From contig JBKDXR010000039.1 in assembly GCA_046306055.1 (NCBI GenBank), positions 65,039-129,038 of the forward strand: a stretch of DNA of 64,000 nucleotides, written 5' to 3'. Made by a program: the position numbers and the translations under genes. The notes beneath the pieces are model-generated. The model ran no database searches, was not told where the DNA came from, and saw only the letters and a program-made list of their open reading frames with translations. The DNA is from Flavobacteriales bacterium (GTDB taxonomy: Bacteria; Bacteroidota; Bacteroidia; Flavobacteriales_F; PHOS-HE28). Below are positions 41,508-50,100 of this stretch, one piece after another (position 1 is the first letter of the stretch; each line of letters begins with the position of its first letter).

Positions 41508-42845
41508 TCAGTGTTGCTGAAGCCTTTGGATCAGCGCTTCGATGGACATGGCCGTTCCTTTCTCGTTGGCGCCCATGCGTTTCAGCGTTACCAGGCCTTG
41601 CTGCATCTCGCTCTCGCCCACGATGGCCACGAAAGGGATGCCCTTCTTTTCGGCATAGGTGAACTGCTTGGGCAGCTTGGTGGTATCGGGATAGATCTCC
41701 GCCGCGATGCCGGCCTCGCGCACTTGGCGCAACAGCTTCAGGCAATGCATCGCTTCCAACTCGCCGAAGTTGGCGAACAACAATTGCGTGCTTCCACCCA
41801 GCTCTGCAGGGAACTTGTTCGTCTCCAGCAGCACGTCGTAGATGCGGTCGGCACCGAAGCTGATGCCCACGCCGCTCATGCCCTTCAGCCCGAACACGCC
41901 GGTGAGGTCGTCGTAACGGCCGCCACCACAGATACTGCTCTGGAGCGTACCCTCAGCGGCCTTCACCTCGAATATGGCTCCGGTATAGTAGTCGAGGCCA
42001 CGGGCGAGGGTGGGGTCGAACTCGAGCACTGCGCTCTTCAGTTGGCCGACCGCCGCGAAGGTGAACGAGAGGTCCTTCAAGCCTTGCTGTGCCACATCGG
42101 ATGAGGCCAACCATTGTTCCAGTCCGGCCCGCTGCTCGTCCCAACTGCCTTTCAGGTCGAACAAGGGAGCAATGCCTTTGATCGCCGCTTCGCTCACACC
42201 TTTCTCCCGCATCTCCTCCTCCACCTTCTCGCGCCCGATCTTATCCAGCTTGTCAATGGCGGTGACGATATCCACCACTTTCTCCGGCTGGCCGCACACT
42301 TCGGCGATACCACTGAGCACCTTGCGGTCATTGATCTTCACCACCACCTTCAATCCGAGTGTGGTGAAGACACCATCGAAGAGCTGCACCAGTTCCACCT
42401 CGCTCAGCAAACTCGTGCTCCCGATCACATCCGCATCGCACTGGTAGAACTCGCGGTAGCGCCCCTTCTGCGGACGATCGGCGCGCCACACGGGCTGTAT
42501 CTGGTAGCGCTTGAAGGGGAAGACCAGTTCGTTCTGGTGTTGTACCACGTAGCGGGCGAAGGGGACGGTGAGGTCGTAACGGAGTGCTTCATCTGCAAAT
42601 CCCTTGCTGCGGTCCTCAAGGGCGCGATCCAGTTCAGCCCCCCGTTTCAGGACCTTGAATATCAACCGATCCCCCTCCTCCCCATACTTTCCGGTGAGCG
42701 TTTCCAAGTGCTCCATGGCGGGCGTTTCCAGCGGCAGGAAGCCATACTTCTGGAAGACCTTCTCGATGGTGTTGAAGATGTACTTGCGACGCAGCATCTC
42801 CTGCGGACCGAAGTCGCGGGTGCCTTTGGGGATGGAGGGCTTCAT
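41508..42845 (-). CDS. hisS: histidine--tRNA ligase
   Basis: Class II aaRS motifs (KGTRDFGP, FRYDLTVPFARY, GGGRYD) and a C-terminal anticodon-binding domain. Confidence 0.9.
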   Translation of the reverse strand: MKPSIPKGTRDFGPQEMLRRKYIFNTIEKVFQKYGFLPLETPAMEHLETLTGKYGEEGDRLIFKVLKRGAELDRALEDRSKGFADEALRYDLTVPFARYVVQHQNELVFPFKRYQIQPVWRADRPQKGRYREFYQCDADVIGSTSLLSEVELVQLFDGVFTTLGLKVVVKINDRKVLSGIAEVCGQPEKVVDIVTAIDKLDKIGREKVEEEMREKGVSEAAIKGIAPLFDLKGSWDEQRAGLEQWLASSDVAQQGLKDLSFTFAAVGQLKSAVLEFDPTLARGLDYYTGAIFEVKAAEGTLQSSICGGGRYDDLTGVFGLKGMSGVGISFGADRIYDVLLETNKFPAELGGSTQLLFANFGELEAMHCLKLLRQVREAGIAAEIYPDTTKLPKQFTYAEKKGIPFVAIVGESEMQQGLVTLKRMGANEKGTAMSIEALIQRLQQH

Positions 42846-43002
42846 TAAGCGTTAAGCTTCAAGTACCAAGTGGCACGTGTCAATGGGCCCAACAAAGGGC
42901 CTCGACACGACCGTTCGGCGGCCGCGAAGGTAAACGGCACCGGACCTACATGCCCGGTCCGACCGTTACGCGCGGTGGATGAAGTGAACGAAGAACAGCT
43001 AC

Positions 43003-44001
43003 CTATTCCTTCACAAAGCGCACCGGGGCCAAGGTCGGGACCTGCGCGATGCGGGCGACATAGACCCCCGTAGGCAGGGCGGAAAGATCCAACGATACGC
43101 GCTGTGCCTGCGCCGTGGTACGTTCCAGAACAGCACCGCGCATATCCACCAGTTCGATCTGCGCACCCACAGCAGCATCGGGGACGAGCACCACCAGTTG
43201 GTCACCGTCCAGGAACGTGCGAAGACGAGGCGCCTGCTCATCAAAACCGGTGGTCAGCAACGAAACGCTCCGGAAACTGAAGGCTTCGAGGAAGACCCCG
43301 CTGTCGAACACGCCATCACCCACATCGGCAATGGCCACCTTGAAGTGGTACTCCCCATCGGGCTCCACCACCGCGAAGGCCGTAAGGTTCGTGGTGAAGC
43401 CATCGTAGGCCACATGAACTCCCGCAGCGGCCTCGTTGTCATGGAAGTACTCTTCGTTGATCAGCCCGTTCACGTTGTTGATGGCCACGGGTGTACCGTC
43501 CGGGAGTGCAGCCACATTGGTGGGCATTGGGAAACCCGGACCGGTGAGGTAGATGGCGAACACATCGTTGAACGCCGACCCGACGAACTCGGGATACTCC
43601 TCACTACCAAAGCTGAAATTGAACAGCAGCGTATCACCCAAGGGGATGCAATCGAACTCGAGGACACACGCATCGTAGGTGGGCATCATCACCACCTCGA
43701 TATCCAGGTCAGCATCGCCAGGCGTTCCGAGGTAGCCCGATGCGAAGCCACTGACCGGTCCGGCCAGTTGGTCCGCTGTGCCGCTGGTCAGAACAAGCCC
43801 TTCGCTGATCGCCAGTTCGGAGGAACCCGCGAAATGTCCCATGGCCTGGTCGGGACAGTTCACCTCCACGTTCAGGATGCTCACGTTGAGGCCTTCGAGC
43901 AATTGGGCGATGGCCCCTACGGTAAGGCTATCCGTAACGGTGAGCTGTGCCGAGGCGAGCGAGGCTGAACCGGCGAAGACAAGTGCAAGGATCGATCTCA
44001 T
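43003..44001 (-). CDS. choice-of-anchor L domain protein with T9SS type A CTD
   Basis: Signal peptide. SGTADQ...GDADLDI...FSFGSEEYPEFVGSAFNDVFAIYL...NNVN...YFHDN pattern of the choice-of-anchor L family. C-terminal Por tail. Confidence 0.65.
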   Translation of the reverse strand: MRSILALVFAGSASLASAQLTVTDSLTVGAIAQLLEGLNVSILNVEVNCPDQAMGHFAGSSELAISEGLVLTSGTADQLAGPVSGFASGYLGTPGDADLDIEVVMMPTYDACVLEFDCIPLGDTLLFNFSFGSEEYPEFVGSAFNDVFAIYLTGPGFPMPTNVAALPDGTPVAINNVNGLINEEYFHDNEAAAGVHVAYDGFTTNLTAFAVVEPDGEYHFKVAIADVGDGVFDSGVFLEAFSFRSVSLLTTGFDEQAPRLRTFLDGDQLVVLVPDAAVGAQIELVDMRGAVLERTTAQAQRVSLDLSALPTGVYVARIAQVPTLAPVRFVKE

Positions 44002-44259
44002 CGGAGCGGGATGACATGGTGGAATGGAAGGTGAACTTACGGAACTCCTCCTTTCCCATACGCCTGCAACAGACCCCCAGAAACAGCGGAACCGCCCTGG
44101 CTGTGCCTTTGGGCGGTCCGCCGACCAGAACGTACCCTGTTGTTCAGGCAGGGCCTTCGCTCATGCCAAGGTTACGCTGAACGGACCGCATTAGCTTCAT
44201 TGTGGCCTGCCTTCCGCTCGCCGGGATATACACCTCCACCGTCACTGATATATTGCACC

Positions 44260-44928
44260 ATGGTGATGTCCGAACATGAACGAACAGCCCCGGGGTGGGC
44301 CACAGGTATCCTCCCGTTGAAAGGGGTGCTGCTGACTGCGCTCGTTACGCTATCCGTGAGCCCCGCCGCGGCCCAGATCGGCATCAAGCTCATGCAGTTC
44401 AGGCCAACGGGGGACCTGGGGTATGTGGTGGAACGTAAGTGGACACCTGAGTTCCTGTACATCCAGGACTTCGAGGAGAAGACCCGCATGCGCGCTTCCT
44501 TCCTCTACATGAACCTGCAACCACGCCTGGATACCTTCCCGACCACCGGCCTCATTTCGGACAGCAACGGCTTCCGTGTACTACCCGGCTGGCAGACCTT
44601 CTCGAAGATCAACATGTACCTCATCACCGGTGGACTGGACTATGCCGTGGTGGAGCTCTTCGACTACGACCTGGCCCTGTATCCCGGACTCGACATCATT
44701 TTCGGCGGTATCGGCATGGAATACGAGAGCTACACCCCCGAGATCAGTTCAAGCGGGTTCTCCGGCGGTTTCATGATCGGCGGGCTGCGATTGCGTCTTG
44801 GGGCCGAGTGGGCCTTTAACGACCACTTCGGCGCCAACCTGGAATGGAGCACCGCCACCTATTATCAGGAAGAAGGCGGCCGCTACACCTTCAACGACCT
44901 GGGTATCGGCGTCCGCTATCAGTTCTGA
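44260..44928 (+). CDS. outer-membrane beta-barrel protein
   Basis: Signal peptide, amphipathic beta-strands, C-terminal GIGVRYQF. Confidence 0.55.
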   Translation: MVMSEHERTAPGWATGILPLKGVLLTALVTLSVSPAAAQIGIKLMQFRPTGDLGYVVERKWTPEFLYIQDFEEKTRMRASFLYMNLQPRLDTFPTTGLISDSNGFRVLPGWQTFSKINMYLITGGLDYAVVELFDYDLALYPGLDIIFGGIGMEYESYTPEISSSGFSGGFMIGGLRLRLGAEWAFNDHFGANLEWSTATYYQEEGGRYTFNDLGIGVRYQF

Positions 44929-44931
44929 GCC

Positions 44932-45702
44932 ATGAAACACATCACCCTGACCGCCCTTGCCTTTGCTGTGCTGACCCAGGCCTGCAAGAAGCCATTGGAC
45001 GAAATGGCCGACTACTATCCCACTGTGCGCACGGAATCGGTGACCCTGATGCCCAATGGCACCGTGAAAGTGGTGGGACGCATACTCTCCGAAGGCGATG
45101 CCCCGGTGGAATATGTCGGCTTTTGTGCGGATACCACGGCCAAACCGGAAATGCTCGATGGCCAGGCCATAGCCGAGCTGAACGGCGATCAGTTCACGGC
45201 CATCTATAGTGGTTTCGACCCCTACGCCACCTACTATTTCAGGTCATGGGCCACCAATGAACATGGCTACAGCTACGGCAATGTGCTCTCGCTGGACAGC
45301 ATCGCTGCCGTGCCGGTGGAGCCTCCCTGCATGCCCGCGAACAACACGGCCAGCATTGGCACCGGTACTCCTGCCCAGACCTACTACCCCATTGAAGCCC
45401 CGGAGGAGTACTTCAACGTGTGGAGCTTCCAAGCGAACACCAACGCACACTTCATTACGTACCGGTTCGGGGGCGGCATGGGCACTGGTATCTACACCAC
45501 CACCACGAACATGGACCCCGCCCCTGGGTACGCACGCATCAGTTTCTTTTCCGGGTTCTACAACGGTGTTCTTGCATCAGGCTCATCGGTGTACATGGAA
45601 CAACTGTCGCCTACCAGTTGGCGCATCACGGTTTGCCAGGCCCCATGGACCACCGGTTCCAGCACGTTCTATTTCAACACGCGGTTCACGGTTAACAGTT
45701 GA
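44932..45702 (+). CDS. hypothetical lipoprotein
   Basis: Lipobox LTQAC. Starts 3 nt after the upstream gene's stop. Confidence 0.5.
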   Translation: MKHITLTALAFAVLTQACKKPLDEMADYYPTVRTESVTLMPNGTVKVVGRILSEGDAPVEYVGFCADTTAKPEMLDGQAIAELNGDQFTAIYSGFDPYATYYFRSWATNEHGYSYGNVLSLDSIAAVPVEPPCMPANNTASIGTGTPAQTYYPIEAPEEYFNVWSFQANTNAHFITYRFGGGMGTGIYTTTTNMDPAPGYARISFFSGFYNGVLASGSSVYMEQLSPTSWRITVCQAPWTTGSSTFYFNTRFTVNS

Positions 45703-45762
45703 ACCCCGGCCCGGTCTTTGTCCCGAAAGTCGCACGAACTTTGCACCGACCCGGGTCCCCCC

Positions 45763-46497
45763 ATGGCACTTTCGCGCACCTTCTCTTTCCTCGTTCTGCT
45801 TGCGGCGCTGGCCGTGGGCACCAATGCAGCCGCCCAGCACCTTACGTATGCCGAGTGGCAGGAACGTTCGGCCAAGGACCTGCGGCTGCTTCCGCGCTAT
45901 GGTAACAAGGAAAAGACCGCGGAACAAGTGTTGGCAGACACGGTGCTGGTTCAGCGCGTGATGGAATCGGAACCCGATCGGCGCAAGGCATCGGACCGAC
46001 TGGCAGGCATGGGCATGGGACTGCTCGCGGGCGGCGACATGGTGAGCGCGATGTACCGCTTCAACCACGCCTTCCTGCTGGACCAGCACAACCCGATGGT
46101 GTTCAACGGCTATGGCGCCTTCTTCATGGCCCTGGACCGCACCACAGAGGCCGGACAGCAATACCTGGAGGGCCTGACCTACGACAGCACGAACGTGCAG
46201 CTCCTGAACGGGTTGGCCACGGCGTTCATCGCTGAACAATATGCCCAACGACCCACGGATGCCACACGCGCCGACCAATCGACCAAGGCGGCATTGGAAC
46301 TGCTGCAACGGGCACAGAACAGTGATCCACGCCACGCGGACAGCGCTTACAAACGCTCAGTTTGCCATCTGTTGCTGAAGGAATGTCCTGCGGCATGGGA
46401 GTGGTACCGGAAGTACCTGGAACTCGGCGGTGCCACGGCGTCTTCGAGCTATCGGCAGCAGCTGGAAACAGCCTGCCCTCCGACCAAGGACCGCTGA
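45763..46497 (+). CDS. hypothetical secreted TPR-like protein
   Basis: Signal peptide MALSRTFSFLVLLAALAVGTNAAAQ. Helical repeat character. Confidence 0.45.
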   Translation: MALSRTFSFLVLLAALAVGTNAAAQHLTYAEWQERSAKDLRLLPRYGNKEKTAEQVLADTVLVQRVMESEPDRRKASDRLAGMGMGLLAGGDMVSAMYRFNHAFLLDQHNPMVFNGYGAFFMALDRTTEAGQQYLEGLTYDSTNVQLLNGLATAFIAEQYAQRPTDATRADQSTKAALELLQRAQNSDPRHADSAYKRSVCHLLLKECPAAWEWYRKYLELGGATASSSYRQQLETACPPTKDR

Positions 46498-46549
46498 ACC
46501 CTCGGCTTTCGGGCTGAAATGGCGACCTTTGCCGCCCGAAAGCCCCACC

Positions 46550-46993
46550 ATGAAGAAGATCATCGACAGCCGCAAGTTGCTCGGCGCCACCGCCAAGAGC
46601 GACCTGCAGGAACTGGCCAAGCTCTACAAGGGGCTGATGAAACAGCACCATCCGGACCGTTTCCAGGACGAGACCGAGCGCGCCGAGGCCGAGCAGTTGA
46701 GCACCAAGATCATCGAGGCCTACAAGTTCCTGGAGAGCATTCACCCCGAGACCCACGCGGCCAACGCCACCGACTTCGAGGCCACCGTGGCCACCAACAT
46801 CTCCAACTGGCACTACCAGCACCAGACCCTGCATCTTACGTTCGGCGATGGCAGCGTGTACGAATACTACAGCGTGCCGGCCAACGTCTACAACAAATTC
46901 GTGGCCACCAATGGCCAACCCCGTTTCGCCCGTCGCCACATTTTCGGATCATACGCCGGCCGTAAGGTGAGCGGACCGAAGGCGAAGGAATAA
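46550..46993 (+). CDS. J-domain (DnaJ-like, HPD motif) protein fused to KTSC domain
   Basis: LYKGLMKQHHPDRF...EAYKFLE (J-domain helices II-III with HPD). C-terminal LHLTFGDGSVYEYYSVPANVYNKFVATNGQPRFARRHI (KTSC-like). Start at MKKIIDSR. Confidence 0.65.
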   Translation: MKKIIDSRKLLGATAKSDLQELAKLYKGLMKQHHPDRFQDETERAEAEQLSTKIIEAYKFLESIHPETHAANATDFEATVATNISNWHYQHQTLHLTFGDGSVYEYYSVPANVYNKFVATNGQPRFARRHIFGSYAGRKVSGPKAKE

Positions 46994-47019
46994 GCCAACG
47001 GCACACCATGGAATGTGGA

Positions 47020-47054
47020 GAAGCCCGCTGCTGAGCGGGCTTCTGCGTTCTTTG
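47020..47054. terminator. bidirectional rho-independent terminator between convergent genes (GAAGCCCGCT gctg AGCGGGCTTC + T-rich)
   Basis: Perfect 10-bp stem with a 4-nt loop, T-rich on the plus side. Sits between the stop of the J/KTSC gene (46993) and the stop of the giant helicase gene (47120). Confidence 0.65.
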
Positions 47055-47119
47055 ATCATTCTTCGACCGGCACCGCACTGGCCACTTTCGCCTGCATCTG
47101 CGGAAAAGGTCATTGTTCG

Positions 47120-50100
47120 TCATACCCGCCGATAGCCCTTCTCCACCTTCTTCGCACGCACCTTTTCCATCTCTCGGCGCGCCGAGGTCTCGTCGACGAA
47201 TTGCTTGGTGAGCGATTGACCGGCTGTTCCGATCCGACCGTAGCGTACGATGTAGGATGCGCCTTCCACCCTCACCTCCCAGAACTTGCTGCTTCCATCC
47301 TCCACGCATTCGTAGCGCTCGAAGGCTCTGTCGCTCTCTGTGACCAGAGGCTCGGGCATGGGTTCAACAGAAGCCGTTGAAGGCTTCGGGGCTGTTGGTG
47401 TTAGAGCGCCCGGCACTTGCTCAACACCAGGTCCAGGCGCCACGACCACCTCAGGCGCGACCTCCTCCACGCCAGCAAGTACACGATCCAAGCGCCCCAT
47501 CACCTGTTCCGGATCATTGAACCAATCCTTGGCGAGGATAGTGATCACCTGCCAACCGAAGGCGCGCAGCAAGGCCGGGCGCTGGCAGTACTGCTCCAAT
47601 ACATTGTCGTTGCGGTAGTGCACATCGGAATCGATGAGGATGCCGAGGCGGTAGCCCTTGCCATCGGTAGCACGTACGGCCAGGTCGCACCGGAAATAAG
47701 AACTGCCCACGTTGCGATCCACCTGTAGGCCTTGGGCCTGGAGCCGTTCCTCGATCCGCGTGGTCACTGAGGATACCTGATCGCTGCTGTGCTCTGCGCC
47801 ACGCAGGGATAGCCCATCAAGCACAGTGGCCGCGCCATCCTGCTCACCCGCCGATAAGCGCTCGGCATATTGCAGGAACCGCCGCAGGTAATTGGCCCCC
47901 TCGTTGTGCTCGTTCTTGATATCGTTGGCGGTGATGCTGCTCACCACGGCCATGTGTCGCTTGGCCCGCGAGAAGATCACATTCAGGCGCTTCTCCCCGC
48001 CCCTACGATTGATCGGCCCGAAGTTCATGAGCATCCGGCCGTTCGCATTGGGCGCATAGCATACGCTCATGATGATCACATCGCGTTCATCGCCCTGCAC
48101 GTTCTCCAGGTTCTTGATGAAAAGCCCCACGAACTGATCGTCCTCCACGCGCTGGTACTCCTCTTCCAACCTGGCCTCGAACGCCTTGTCGGCGGCCGCC
48201 AGTTCCTGCAACGCCTCTTCGATGGCCGATTGCTGCTCGATGGAGAAGGCCACCACCCCGATGCTGCGACCCTGGCCGATGAGCTGTTGAATGAGCAGGG
48301 CGATGTAGCGTGCTTCCTGGTCATTGCGTCGCTCGTGGTACACGCCGTTCCGCAGGTGGTGGAAACTGATGGGGCGGTCGGACAATGCGTTAACATGCCG
48401 TACCGCATCCGCTGGATCCACAACGCTGATGGGAGCTTGTTGGGCCTGCAGCAGTTGCTGGTCCGGGATGGTGAGCAGTCCGCGCCCGTAGAACGCCGCG
48501 TTGCTGAAGCTGATGAGGCTTTCATGACGACTGCGGTAGTGCCAGCCCAGCATCACGCCCCGCAACTTGCGAACGCCCTGGCTCAGCAGACTGTCCGCAT
48601 CCAAGGCAATGCCGATTCGTTCCTCGGTGGCCTCCTCTTCCTCGTCCACATCGCCGCTGGTGGTGTTGAAGAAATTAGTGGGCGGCATCTGCATCTCATC
48701 GCCCACGATGATGGTCTGCGCGGTGCGGAACAAGGCGGGCACTCCTTCCTCCAAGGTGATCTGGCTGGCCTCGTCGTAGATCACCACATCGAAGAGCTTG
48801 GTGTCCAGCGGCAGGATGTCCGATACGCTTTGCGGGCTCATCAGCCATACGGGTTTCAGGCCCATCACCACCGGACCGCTCTCTTTACCGATCAGCTCTC
48901 GTACGCTCTTGTAGCGCATCGACTTGCCGAACTCGTTCTCCAGGATGCGCCGACCTGCGGTCCACTCCTTCTTGATGGACCGCTCCTCTGGTCCCATGCC
49001 CGTGACACTCGTATCCGATATCCGTACATGGTGCTTGAAACGGGCCCGTACCGTTGAACGGATCAGGTCCGCGTTCACATCGAGGTAGCGCTTCTCCAGG
49101 GCATTGAGCTGCTTCACGCTTTGGAGAATGGACAGCCCGTCCAGGCGATCGAACAGCCGGTCGGTACGGTACACCTCGTGCAATGACCTGTAGGCCGTGA
49201 GGTAAGCCATGGCATCGGCACTGATGCGCTGCCTGGTGATGAAAGCGCGCAGGCGTGGCTCCAACGCCGCGATCTCGCGCACATAGGGAACCAGGCCACT
49301 GAACCCGTTCAGCGCTTTTCTCGCAGCCACCATCCATTGCTCAACGCCATTCAGCGGAAGCTCTTCGCAGAAGGTGTTCAGGGTGCGCGCCTGCTCGGTA
49401 AAGCGATCGAGGTCGGCACCGAGCTCCACCAGCTCAGCGATCTCCGAAGGCGGCATGGCGAGCAGGGCGTTCCACTTGGCATCGCGCTGGCGATCACGCA
49501 GGGCGCGCACCAGTTCACGGCTCAGCGTATTGTCCTCCAGGCCGTAACGATCCTGCATGCCTTGCTCCAGGTCAGCAAGTTTCTCCGACGCTTCATGATC
49601 CGCACAGAGGTCGTCCAGCAAGCGCGCTATCTCAGGGGCCACCTGGTGTTTACCGAGATCATAGCTTCTCGCGACCATCGCCTTGATGCGCCGATAGGTG
49701 CCGTTCAGGAACTTGAAGAAACCCTTGTTCACGCGCTGCCATTGCTCGCGTGCTGCCTGCGCATCCGCAGCGTTGGGCCTCTGCTTCCAGTGCACCGTGG
49801 CCTTGGCGGCTTTCGCCAACGCCTTCCTCTGGCGCTCGATGGAATCCACATCCGTATCGTAGCGGCGCGCATCCTCATGACCGTTCTCGAAAATGCCGAG
49901 CCTGTCCCGCGCGGCCACCGGCCTCAATTGGCGCGCACCACCCACCAGCATCATCAGCTCGCCCAATGTGGGGCTCAAGCCATCCGGCAGGTCGATGGTA
50001 TCCAATTGTTCGTTGATGCGCTCCCACACCTGTTCGGCTTTCCCCAACGCATCAGCGATGCGTCCAAGGGGCTGCTCGTCGTGCAGCAATTGCGCCTGCA

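Noticed and set aside
40455-42104. Plus-strand ORFs antisense to hutH and hisS
   Set aside because: Antisense to two highly conserved genes. Arg/His/Gly-rich artefactual translations.
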